IMG/VR virus record: IMGVR_UViG_3300036846_000488
Span: 17,257 to 81,256 of that record
DNA: 64,000 bases
DNA from: a virus
Strand: one strand, 5' to 3'
Shown here one piece after another: positions 26,139-33,980 of this stretch. The notes beneath the pieces were generated by a model. It did no database searches. It saw only the letters and a list, made by a program, of their open reading frames with translations, and had not been told where the DNA came from. Made by a program: the position numbers and the translations under genes. Numbering within the stretch: the first letter of the stretch is position 1; each line of letters starts with the position of its first letter.

Positions 26139-27430
26139 AGCTCGTCCTTGGTCTTGATGACCCGCAGCTTCGGCGGGGTCGGGTTGTCGGCCAGAGCCTC
26201 GGCGTTGATCACCAGGTCCTCCGCGTGGTCGGCGGAGATCTCGGTGAACACCCCGGCGTTCGGGTCGAAGGTGGTGTAGAAGCGGACCCCGGAGGATCCA
26301 TGACGGTTCTTCTCCAGCGAGAAGTCCGTGGCCACGTCGTGCGGCTTGCTGCGCATCGTGAGCACCACATCCCCGTCCTGCCCGAGCGCGTCGGACTGGG
26401 CCAGGTTCTTCACCTTCGGTGGTGCACTGCCGGTCTCACCGTCCCGGTTGATCTGGGCAGCGCAGACCAGGGCTGTCTTCTGGGCCAGAGCGATCGTCTT
26501 CAACGAGTTGCTGATCGAGGCCATCACCCGCCAGTCGTCGATCGCGTGCCCACCTCCGTCCTGGGACATCAGCCCCACGTAGTCGATGTTGGTCATCTGG
26601 TACTCACCGCATCGCGCGGCCACGACTGAGGGAGACACCGGTCCGTCTGCCGGGGTGTGCACATCCAGCGCTCCACCAGCGTCGGCGAGCCGGTCCCTGA
26701 GCTCACCGACGAACCTCTTGTACGTCTCCCGGTCCACGTTCCGGTCCCGCAGGTTGGTCAGGGTGATCGCGGGGTAGCCCATCGAGGTGGCCAGACATGC
26801 GTGGAACCGGGCCACTACCTCCTCCTCGCTCATCTCCAGCGAGTAGAAGAGGACCCGGTTCCCGGCCAGCATCGCGTGCGCGCTCATCTTGACCTGGTGT
26901 GCGGACTTCCCCTGGCCTGGGCGTCCGGCTACGTACCAGAGGTTCCCCGACCTGATCCCGCCGGTGAACCGCTGCAGGGTGGGGTAGGGCACCTCCACGT
27001 AGTACGGCTTCTCGCCCCAGGCGCTGATCCGAGCGGTGTCGGTGATCAGGGCCCGCGGCGGCAGCAGCGCGTGCTTGGGCTTGGCATCGGTGAGGATCTC
27101 GTACGCCGCACCGGCATCACCCAGGTGCAGCTGGTCCGAGGCCTCGGTCATCGCGGTCATGATCCGCCGGCGGTTCGCGGACTGGTGCACCATCTCCGCC
27201 GCCGAGCGCACCTCACGGTGCTCGGAGATGACGAAGTTCGGGAACTTGTGGCGGAAGATGTCCCGGGTCGGCTGGCAGTCGTAGGTCTCGACGTAGTTGT
27301 GGAGCCAGTTGAACTCGTCGCGGTAGCCATCGAAGTCCGCACCCGTGATCCCGAACGGCACCTCGCTCCCGACGCTCTCGGTGTTCAGCAGCGCTGAGAT
27401 CAGCAACGCCTCGGCGGATGGTGTGGGCAT
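26135..27430 (-). CDS. dnaB: DnaB-like replicative helicase
   Basis: AGRPGQGKS, FYSLEM, IDYVGLM, AQINR, SD...QD.D, KNRHG. Confidence 0.95.
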   Translation of the reverse strand: MPTPSAEALLISALLNTESVGSEVPFGITGADFDGYRDEFNWLHNYVETYDCQPTRDIFRHKFPNFVISEHREVRSAAEMVHQSANRRRIMTAMTEASDQLHLGDAGAAYEILTDAKPKHALLPPRALITDTARISAWGEKPYYVEVPYPTLQRFTGGIRSGNLWYVAGRPGQGKSAHQVKMSAHAMLAGNRVLFYSLEMSEEEVVARFHACLATSMGYPAITLTNLRDRNVDRETYKRFVGELRDRLADAGGALDVHTPADGPVSPSVVAARCGEYQMTNIDYVGLMSQDGGGHAIDDWRVMASISNSLKTIALAQKTALVCAAQINRDGETGSAPPKVKNLAQSDALGQDGDVVLTMRSKPHDVATDFSLEKNRHGSSGVRFYTTFDPNAGVFTEISADHAEDLVINAEALADNPTPPKLRVIKTKDEL

Positions 27431-27441
27431 GCGGTAGCTCC

Positions 27442-27487
27442 TGTCGTGTATGCGCTACACCATATGTAGTGCATGGGTGTAGTGCAA
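27442..27487 (-). promoter_or_regulatory. Sigma-A promoter for the replication operon with four operator-like repeats
   Basis: TTGCAC-N17-TATGGT on minus; TGTAGTGC x2 (27465, 27478), TGTCGTGT (27442), inverted TGTAGCGC (27452-27459). Confidence 0.75.
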
Positions 27488-27494
27488 GAGAGGA

Positions 27495-27836
27495 TCAGCT
27501 GTATTCGCGGTAGTACGGCATCTGGTTGCAGTCCGGCCAGACCCAGCGCCGCTGCCAGAAGGAAGTGGTGACCAGCACCGCGCCGTTGTGCTCACAGGGG
27601 TGGCGTGAGTCGCACACAGGGCAGTAGGTGTGGAGCACCTCGGTCCGAGGGGCGTCCGGGTAGCAGATCTGACAGGGCCGGACATAGACCTCACTCAGGT
27701 CCACCGCGAAGAGCTCGTGGCCAGGTCCCCGAGCGGGTCCCTTGGTCAGCTGGTAGCAGGTCGGAGTCCGGTGGAAGCGGGTCCTGTACCTCGGGTCCCC
27801 CCGCAACCAGACAGTCGGCATCTGAGCAACGTACAC
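27495..27836 (-). CDS. Cys/His-rich hypothetical protein
   Basis: FH...C, PC..C, CPVC....C.H. Confidence 0.6.
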   Translation of the reverse strand: MYVAQMPTVWLRGDPRYRTRFHRTPTCYQLTKGPARGPGHELFAVDLSEVYVRPCQICYPDAPRTEVLHTYCPVCDSRHPCEHNGAVLVTTSFWQRRWVWPDCNQMPYYREYS

Positions 27837-27846
27837 CTGTTCGGGG

Positions 27847-27948
27847 TCAGGTCAACAGGCGTGCGACCAGCTCGGTGAACCCGTACACCGCACCCAGGAT
27901 CACGGCCAGTGAGAGCAGCCCCAGCAGGATGTCCCGAGCCAGCCTCAT
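27847..27948 (-). CDS. Single-pass membrane peptide (33 aa)
   Basis: Manual: MRLARDILLGLLSLAVILGAVYGFTELVARLLT; AGGAGG RBS. Confidence 0.65.
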   Translation of the reverse strand: MRLARDILLGLLSLAVILGAVYGFTELVARLLT

Positions 27949-27957
27949 CGTCCCTCC

Positions 27958-28003
27958 TGGACATGGAGAAGCCCCCGGCATGCACCTCCGGGGGCCTCTC
28001 ATG
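27958..28003 (-). terminator. Intrinsic terminator-like hairpin
   Basis: GAGAGGCCCCCGG/CCGGGGGCTTCTC then CATGTCC on minus. Confidence 0.65.
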
Positions 28004-28337
28004 CTTGACCGGGGTCGTGGGCCAGGTCTAGCGTGCCATCTGACTAGAACAGCGAGGTCATCGTAGCCCGATCCCTCGCGAGAATGCGAGGTTGATCATG
28101 GACGACACCGGCTAGCTCTTCGAGTGGGCGGCGTAGGCCCCGCGCCCGTAGATACAAGTTGGAGCCACCGGTTGACCAGAATGACGGAGGTAGCACTGGC
28201 CCCGGAGAGCGAGTTTCACGCGCGCGAGGTGGTCTGTGCTGGTTGGGTGGGATGTGGCCAACAGGACAGCGCGTAGCTCGGAGGCTCCGGAGGAGCCATT
28301 CACCTTGGGTCCTCTAGATCATTCCGCGTGGTGAACC
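28004..28337 (-). ncRNA. Candidate structured non-coding RNA
   Basis: About 330 nt with no credible ORF, at least six hairpins, upstream of the minus-strand terminator. Confidence 0.4.
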
Positions 28338-28961
28338 CTACTGACCCACCCCTACACAGACCGAGACCACCAGGTTCCGATCGACTGGCACACGCTCATG
28401 GAGACTGACCGTGGTCAGTACGAACCCCGCTGGACACAGTGGTCCAGGAGGGCCCGTAGGGCCTACCTCCCCAGGAACACCAGGGATACCCGGTGGACCT
28501 TGCTCACCACGTTGTCCTTGGACTCCGGGTACACCGGGTTCACCCTTGGCTCCTTGCTCACCTCTCAGGCCAGTAGCACCTGGTAGTCCTCTGGGGCCTA
28601 CTGCACCTGGTGAACCCGGTGTACCCGAGGTCCCTCTTAGACCGGGTGTGCCTACTCCGTCCGTACCATCGGCACCATTCAGTCCAGGAAGACCTTGGGG
28701 ACCGACAGGTCCTACTGGACCTCTGGCTCCTGTGGGTCCCACAGGTCCTTGGGGTCCAAGAGGCCCTGGGACGGTAGTAGCAGGGCCTGATGTAGTAGGA
28801 GCGTGGGTGGGACTCGGTAGAGGACTCGGTGGAGGACTCTTCGAGTCGGCATGGACGAAGTGCGTCAGCTCAGTGGGTGTGGCCAGAGCTATGCCCACTC
28901 CCACCACGCTCAAGGCCAGAGCAGTTCCGTAGCCCGCTGCTTCGATCAGGATCGTCTTCAC
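28338..28961 (-). CDS. Membrane-anchored collagen-like protein
   Basis: N-terminal TM, long Gly-X-Y run, C-terminal CP.G...C. Confidence 0.82.
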   Translation of the reverse strand: MKTILIEAAGYGTALALSVVGVGIALATPTELTHFVHADSKSPPPSPLPSPTHAPTTSGPATTVPGPLGPQGPVGPTGARGPVGPVGPQGLPGLNGADGTDGVGTPGLRGTSGTPGSPGAVGPRGLPGATGLRGEQGAKGEPGVPGVQGQRGEQGPPGIPGVPGEVGPTGPPGPLCPAGFVLTTVSLHERVPVDRNLVVSVCVGVGQ

Positions 28962-29215
28962 TCCTCTTGGTCTTCTCTCTCCCCCGTCTTCTTGGTCTTC
29001 GCGATGGTTACATCGGTTCTGCCGGCTAGAAACCCAGCCAGCAGACCGATCATGGTGTTGATCACATCGGCGATATTCCTGGCTGCTGCACTGACATCTC
29101 GGTCGGTGAAGAAGGCCAGCAACACCACCAAGATCCCAGTGCCGAGCACGTAGGTACAGACGGTGAAGGTGATGGCCATCACCAGGATCTCGCCGGTACT
29201 GCGTCCCTTGAACAT
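28958..29215 (-). CDS. Two-TM membrane protein (holin-like)
   Basis: Two hydrophobic helices, charged C-terminus, AAGGAGG RBS. Confidence 0.72.
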   Translation of the reverse strand: MFKGRSTGEILVMAITFTVCTYVLGTGILVVLLAFFTDRDVSAAARNIADVINTMIGLLAGFLAGRTDVTIAKTKKTGEREDQEE

Positions 29216-29270
29216 CCCCCGGCCTCCTTACTCACACGGTAAGTCCACTGTCTCCTGGCACAGCTATGTC

Positions 29271-29299
29271 TTGTGCGCATGTGGTGTATGGGCTATACT
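29271..29299 (+). promoter_or_regulatory. Sigma-A promoter P1
   Basis: TTGTGC-N17-TATACT. Confidence 0.8.
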
Positions 29300-29305
29300 G
29301 GAGTC

Positions 29306-29400
29306 ATCCAGTTAACTGGATCGGAGTCACCTGGTTAAGTCTCCTGCTGAGGAGCACCAGCACTCCCGAACAGGCCGGACCCTCTGGGGTCTGGCCCTTG
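29306..29400 (+). ncRNA. Candidate small RNA 1 (two hairpins + terminator)
   Basis: ATCCAG-TTAA-CTGGAT; GGAGT/ACTCC + CTGGT/ACCAG + CTCCT/AGGAG; GGCCGGACCC/GGGTCTGGCC. Confidence 0.6.
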
Positions 29401-29426
29401 TGCGTTTGTAGTGTTTTTGATATACT
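29398..29426 (+). promoter_or_regulatory. Sigma-A promoter P2
   Basis: TTGTGC-N17-TATACT, hexamers identical to P1. Confidence 0.82.
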
Positions 29427-29431
29427 GGACA

Positions 29432-29548
29432 CAGTGCTTCAGAGCCCCACGCCCTGAGCACGACCCGATCCTTCGGCCCCATGCGGGGGGATCGGGGGTA
29501 GGCCCGGTGTCGGTGAGTATTCGTACTCTTCGACACTGGGCCTTTTTT
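29432..29548 (+). ncRNA. Candidate small RNA 2 (twin CCCAY-loop hairpins + terminator)
   Basis: Hairpins 29434-29461 and 29464-29496, long terminator stem 29500-29543 with T6; G-U pairs favour the plus strand. Confidence 0.68.
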
Positions 29549-29578
29549 CATGTCCGGATACCCATGAAAGGACAACAG

Positions 29579-29803
29579 ATGACCCAACAGATCACCTGCG
29601 TGAAGTGTGGCTCAGACAGATTCCGTGCAGGAGAGATCGAGCTCAGTGAAGACGGCGGGTTCATCGTCGTCATGCCATGTACCGAGTGCGGTACCCCCAA
29701 CAAGCTCATCCAGAGCGACGACACGGAGTTCGCCCAGCTGCTGCTGGAGTTCTTCCAGATCGCAGGCCCGGGGAAGTTCGAGCACAAGCTGGGGCCGTCG
29801 TGA
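29579..29803 (+). CDS. Zinc-ribbon protein (74 aa)
   Basis: CVKCG...CTECG; GAAAGGA RBS. Confidence 0.72.
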   Translation: MTQQITCVKCGSDRFRAGEIELSEDGGFIVVMPCTECGTPNKLIQSDDTEFAQLLLEFFQIAGPGKFEHKLGPS

Positions 29804-30144
29804 GGACCTGGGTGTTGTGGACCCACTACGACTGTGAGGTCAGCGTCTGGCTCTTCGCCACTCAGGACGAGTGCTACCAGCAGCTGAAGAACAACTGGCT
29901 CGACGACTGCGACGAGGAATGCGGTCACAACCCGGATGAGGAGATGTCGAACTCGGAGATCTCCGAGGCGGTGGGGTGGCACTACGACGAGCTGAGCTGG
30001 GACATCTGTCCGACCGAGGTGCCGGAGGAGGAGTTCACGGTGCCAGCTCCGGTCGCAGAGGCTCCGCCAGCTCCGGTCAGCATCACCGCCGCCCAGGCCG
30101 GAGATCTGCTCAGTCGTCTGCAGAGCTTCCAGGAGCGGTCATGA
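29800..30144 (+). CDS. Acidic hypothetical protein
   Basis: GTGA-coupled start MRTWVLW. Confidence 0.68.
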   Translation: MRTWVLWTHYDCEVSVWLFATQDECYQQLKNNWLDDCDEECGHNPDEEMSNSEISEAVGWHYDELSWDICPTEVPEEEFTVPAPVAEAPPAPVSITAAQAGDLLSRLQSFQERS

Positions 30145-30461
30145 AGGAACCACCTTGGCTCACGGCCAAGGTCGATCAACGTCTGGCCGAGATCAGAGCC
30201 GGCGGGGCGTTAGAGCTCGCTCGTGATCAGCACCCGTTGATCATGACCTTCCTGGACGAGGGTGATCCCGAGATGTCCGAGGAAGAACGAGAGAAGTGGG
30301 AGCGGACCTGCGATAGCTGTGGTCGGTACTGCTCACCCGATGGAGACCTGGCCTTTTACACCGGTCATGCCCAACGAATTATCGATGGCCATCAGGTCAT
30401 CTTGGCCTATGGAGTCTGCAATGACTGCAGGCTCGCTGATTCGGAAAGAGGAACCGAGTAA
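30141..30461 (+). CDS. Hypothetical protein with two CxxC
   Basis: Start MKEPPW; CDSC...CNDC. Confidence 0.68.
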   Translation: MKEPPWLTAKVDQRLAEIRAGGALELARDQHPLIMTFLDEGDPEMSEEEREKWERTCDSCGRYCSPDGDLAFYTGHAQRIIDGHQVILAYGVCNDCRLADSERGTE

Positions 30462-30922
30462 TGAGAGGGAACACGATGAAGTACGACATCCACGAGATGA
30501 CCCCCGATGAGATCGCAGCATCCTGCGAGGACGCTGCCGACCTGCTCGAAGGTCACTGGACCTCGGGCAGCTGGTTCAGGTACGACGAGGACGACGAGGG
30601 CAGGGAGACTGGCATCTCCTACTGCATCGAGGGCGGTCTGGCCGCTGCGCTCGGTCTGGACAAGATCGAAGACGGTGATGACATCGCCCGCTTGACGCTG
30701 CTCAGCTGCCCGGTCTACGACGCGGTGCTGGAGACCCTGAACCACCAGGTCTTCGCTCAGCAGGTCGATGCCGGTCTCCGTCAACCGGATGCGGAGTACA
30801 CCCCGTCCTTCGGCGAGGGTGACCTGCCGAACTGGAACGACTCCGGTGGGCGCACTGAGCAGGAGGTGGTCGATCTGCTCCGGAAGACCGCGAAGCGGGT
30901 CCTCACGGAGGAGACGGCATGA
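30461..30922 (+). CDS. DUF6197-like protein, paralogue 1
   Basis: W..G...YC..GGL...WND..GRT..EV..L...A. Confidence 0.7.
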   Translation: MRGNTMKYDIHEMTPDEIAASCEDAADLLEGHWTSGSWFRYDEDDEGRETGISYCIEGGLAAALGLDKIEDGDDIARLTLLSCPVYDAVLETLNHQVFAQQVDAGLRQPDAEYTPSFGEGDLPNWNDSGGRTEQEVVDLLRKTAKRVLTEETA

Positions 30923-31269
30923 GTGAGGAGACAGCAGATGTCCTGGCCGCCGGTCGGGAGTACATCGAGCAGAACGGCTGGTGGCGTGGGCACCTGATCG
31001 GTCCCAACGGACAGCAGGCCTGCGCAGTCGGTGGGCTGATGAGAGGTCTGCATCTGGCGGCTACGAGCGTGGAGAAGGACCCCAGGGTGCTGAACGCTTG
31101 CTTCGCGTTGGCCAACGTGCTCGGTGCAGAGCGGGCCTACCCGCTCCAGACCAACATCGGCTACGTGGAGTACTGGAACGACCACTACGCCAAGGACAAG
31201 CAGGCGGTCCTGGACGCCTTCGCGAAGGCCGAGAAGATCGAGCGTGCTGGGTTCGATCCCGATGCCTGA
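30919..31269 (+). CDS. DUF6197-like protein, paralogue 2
   Basis: GW..G...C..GGL...WND....K..VL.AF.KA. Confidence 0.7.
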   Translation: MSEETADVLAAGREYIEQNGWWRGHLIGPNGQQACAVGGLMRGLHLAATSVEKDPRVLNACFALANVLGAERAYPLQTNIGYVEYWNDHYAKDKQAVLDAFAKAEKIERAGFDPDA

Positions 31270-31474
31270 GCCGGAGCGGTTCATCACCGCGGACGAGGCC
31301 TTGTTCGAGACCGAGCGAGCTGTCGCTGGTCTCGGTGGTGAGGGCGGGATGCTCGGAAAAATGGAGCAGCCCGAGGCCCTGAAGCTAGCCGAGGCGCTGT
31401 TCGGCGAGGACATGCCCGATGACATCCGGCAGTTCTTCACTCAACCACCATCATCAGAGAGGGATGTCGACTGA
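31262..31474 (+). CDS. Hypothetical protein (70 aa)
   Basis: Start MPEPERF, coupled. Confidence 0.6.
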   Translation: MPEPERFITADEALFETERAVAGLGGEGGMLGKMEQPEALKLAEALFGEDMPDDIRQFFTQPPSSERDVD

Positions 31475-31788
31475 TGGAGTCCTACTTCGGAGAGCCCTGG
31501 CCCTCTGGCGTCTGCGACAACGGCATCCAGGTCCCGACTCCGGTGGGGGTGAACTGCATCCTCTGCCAGACCCCGGTCCAGGAGGGAGACCAGGGAAGCT
31601 TCATGCACGGCTCCGACGAGGAAGGTGTAATCCCTGCCCACAAGGAGTGCTCACTGCGCTCGGTGCTGGGTGGGATGGGGCACCACGAGGACCACCAGCT
31701 CTGGTGCATGGAGCGCGGTGACCCAGACGGTGGTCGCACCTACCGACAGTCGGCTCTGGAGGTCTGGAAGGTGGTGATCCAGAAGTGA
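31474..31788 (+). CDS. Cys/His-rich hypothetical protein
   Basis: CILC...H.EC.LR.V.G...H. Confidence 0.7.
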   Translation: MESYFGEPWPSGVCDNGIQVPTPVGVNCILCQTPVQEGDQGSFMHGSDEEGVIPAHKECSLRSVLGGMGHHEDHQLWCMERGDPDGGRTYRQSALEVWKVVIQK

Positions 31789-31970
31789 CCTGGACCCAGC
31801 CGGTCTGCCTGAACAAGTGGAGGGAGCTGTACGGCAACCAGATGCCGCACATGCTGAAGCTCCCGAAGTCCGAGTGGGACCCCTGCTGCTACTGCCGGGA
31901 GCCCACCAACATCTACGTGCGGCTCGATCCCGCGACCGTGCCGTACCCGAGGAAGGAGCAGGAGGAGTGA
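31785..31970 (+). CDS. Small Cys-containing protein
   Basis: C..KW...CCYC. Confidence 0.62.
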   Translation: MTWTQPVCLNKWRELYGNQMPHMLKLPKSEWDPCCYCREPTNIYVRLDPATVPYPRKEQEE

Positions 31971-32206
31971 GGGCGATCAAGCACATCGACCAGATGTACG
32001 CCTTCGTCCAGACCGACCCCAAGGATCAGACCGAGGGAGTGATCGGCTTCCACACCGGCCAGGGCTGGATGCCGATGGTCGGTGCCGACATGGACCGGGT
32101 GGAGTACCTGAGGCCGATGGCTCAGAAAATCGCTGACGCCACCGATACCGAGATCCGACTGATCAGGTTCACCCTCCGTGAGGAGATCGAGGTGATCAAG
32201 CCATGA
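31967..32206 (+). CDS. Hypothetical protein (79 aa)
   Basis: GTG start MRAIKHID with GGAG RBS. Confidence 0.68.
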   Translation: MRAIKHIDQMYAFVQTDPKDQTEGVIGFHTGQGWMPMVGADMDRVEYLRPMAQKIADATDTEIRLIRFTLREEIEVIKP

Positions 32207-32427
32207 ATGATGTGTCCAAGACCCACATCATCGAGCTCGATCAGATGTCTCTGATGATGCTCCGGCATCTGCGGGAGCACGGCGCTGAGGAGCCAGCGGT
32301 ACCCGAGGACGGACGCTACGAGCACGAGGAGATGTCCGCTCTGCACTACGAGTGGTCGCGTACTCACCAGGCGATCCGACTGCTCCTCGGAGTACAGCTG
32401 GTCAATCAGGCTCTCGAACAGCTATGA
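32203..32427 (+). CDS. Hypothetical protein
   Basis: 74 aa, ATGA coupled. Confidence 0.6.
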   Translation: MNDVSKTHIIELDQMSLMMLRHLREHGAEEPAVPEDGRYEHEEMSALHYEWSRTHQAIRLLLGVQLVNQALEQL

Positions 32428-32573
32428 GATGCCGCCACACCATGGAATCCCTGGCGATTCCAACGCATACCCACACCTGCTCTGGCAACCACGACGCCGG
32501 CTACCACTGGTGTCCTGGGTGTCAGCAGTGGTGGTGGAAGAAGGAAGAAACCAACCCGAAAGGAACCAAGTGA
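32424..32573 (+). CDS. Small Cys/His protein (49 aa)
   Basis: MRC...H.C...H...H.C..C; coupled at both ends. Confidence 0.55.
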   Translation: MRCRHTMESLAIPTHTHTCSGNHDAGYHWCPGCQQWWWKKEETNPKGTK

Positions 32574-32986
32574 GCACACTCACCGCACTCAAGCCGTTGA
32601 AGAGCTTGGGCGAGAAGATCCGCATCCTGCCAAGCCCGGACGTGCCGCCGATCGACACGCCGACCCATTCCGACACCGCCAGCGTGAAGGTGCTGGTCAA
32701 GGCCCGCCAGATCGTAGCCAGGGGCTGGATCCAGGGCGCGGCCCAGAACGACCGCGGCACCAAGTTCTGCGCTCAGCAGGCCATCAACGAGGCCACTCAC
32801 GAGCTGAGGTACGCGGAGAAATTCGGGTACCGCTGCCAGTCGATGATGATGCGTACGATCAGCGTCGAGACCGGCACGTCCTGGGGCACCATCCCGAACT
32901 GGAACGACGCACCGGGTCGGACCCAGCAGCAGGTTCTGACCATGTTCGACAAGACCATCGAGACCGCTCGGAAGGTAGGCGCATGA
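32570..32986 (+). CDS. DUF6197-like protein, paralogue 3
   Basis: GTG start with GAAAGGA RBS; GW.QG...FC...A...WND..GRT..QVL..FDK.I. Confidence 0.72.
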   Translation: MSTLTALKPLKSLGEKIRILPSPDVPPIDTPTHSDTASVKVLVKARQIVARGWIQGAAQNDRGTKFCAQQAINEATHELRYAEKFGYRCQSMMMRTISVETGTSWGTIPNWNDAPGRTQQQVLTMFDKTIETARKVGA

Positions 32987-33417
32987 GCACTCCCAACATC
33001 CCGCTGTTGCGGAAGGCCGTGGAGTGGGTCGAGTGGCAGGACACGATGCCCGAGATCGACCGGGAGTGGGACCAGGCCGAGTTCCGGAACGCGACCAACG
33101 AGCACGCCTACCGACTGGCCTACTTCGCGCTGCTGGCCGCTGGGGTTCGTAGCACGAACCGTCGAGCGCAGACCATTGGGCTCAGCCAGTACCTGGAGCC
33201 GTACTGCGGCACCTCGTTCTGCGTGGCCGGCTACATCGGACAGCTGCTCAACCGCGAGTACGCCACCCAGGACAAGGTGAACGGGGTGTTCGTCGCGGAG
33301 TACGCGACCAAGCAGCTCGGGCTGACTCTGGACCAGGCCGAGGAACTGTTCGACGGCTGCAACACCGCCGCCGACATCCGCCGGATCTGCGAGCGGATCG
33401 CGGGAGAGAAGCTGTAG
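32983..33417 (+). CDS. Conserved actinophage-type hypothetical protein
   Basis: W.Q...CGT..C.AG...A...LGL...QA..LF. Confidence 0.72.
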   Translation: MSTPNIPLLRKAVEWVEWQDTMPEIDREWDQAEFRNATNEHAYRLAYFALLAAGVRSTNRRAQTIGLSQYLEPYCGTSFCVAGYIGQLLNREYATQDKVNGVFVAEYATKQLGLTLDQAEELFDGCNTAADIRRICERIAGEKL

Positions 33418-33420
33418 CTC

Positions 33421-33849
33421 GTGATCGAGTACTACGACCGCGATGGCCGACCTCTCGATCGGGAGTCAGCGTGGGCTCTGCTGGTGGACTATGACTACAA
33501 ACGGGTCGATCTCACCGAGGTCGGCCCGTACGTAGTCTCCACGGTCTGGTTGGGGTTGGACCATCGCTACATGGGCGAGGGTCCACCCCTGATCTTCGAG
33601 ACCATGGTCTTCACCAACTCGGCCTGGAATGCCGATCGGGCGGACGAGAACCGGGAACTGCTCCTGGAACTGGACTGCCAGCGGTACAGCACCCTCCAGC
33701 AGGCCCAGGAGGGCCATCGGGCGATGGTTCTGCTGGTAGAGGCCACATTGGACGAGGAGGTGCCGACCGAGGCCTCAGAGGGCGTTTTAGGCCCTCAGGA
33801 GCTGAAAAGTAGTGTTTTGAGTTGTATGTGGTGCCTAAATACCCTATAA
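33421..33849 (+). CDS. Conserved phage hypothetical protein
   Basis: VSTVWLGLDH...P..FETMVF...RY.T...A..GH. Confidence 0.75.
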   Translation: MIEYYDRDGRPLDRESAWALLVDYDYKRVDLTEVGPYVVSTVWLGLDHRYMGEGPPLIFETMVFTNSAWNADRADENRELLLELDCQRYSTLQQAQEGHRAMVLLVEATLDEEVPTEASEGVLGPQELKSSVLSCMWCLNTL

Positions 33850-33850
33850 T
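33822..33850 (+). promoter_or_regulatory. Sigma-A promoter P3
   Basis: TTGTAT-N17-TATAAT in an AT-rich patch. Confidence 0.82.
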
Positions 33851-33855
33851 TAAGG

Positions 33856-33940
33856 GGTCAGGGCGACTGCATACCCTGATATCGGTCCTCCCAGACCGAC
33901 ACGGAGAACCCCCGTCAGATACCTCTGGCGGGGGTTTTCG
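33856..33940 (+). ncRNA. Candidate small RNA 3 / attenuated leader
   Basis: TCAGGG/CCCTGA; TCGGTC-CTCCCA-GACCGA; terminator AACCCCCGTCAGA/TCTGGCGGGGGTT-TT. Confidence 0.6.
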
Positions 33941-33980
33941 TGTGTTTGAACCTCAACCAGAACGCCCGAAAGGGGTAGCT

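Noticed and set aside
20263-27430. Inteins or introns in DnaE, helicase or terminase
   Set aside because: No extra length, no C/S...HN-C/S/T junctions or LAGLIDADG motifs seen
28160-28203. tRNA, tmRNA or HDV-like (theta) ribozyme
   Set aside because: Only 44 nt, no D/T arms or CCA; HDV P1.1/L3/J4-2 elements could not be fitted
28112-28303. 63-aa ORF in the non-coding gap
   Set aside because: Atypical codon usage, weak RBS, overlaps dense hairpins
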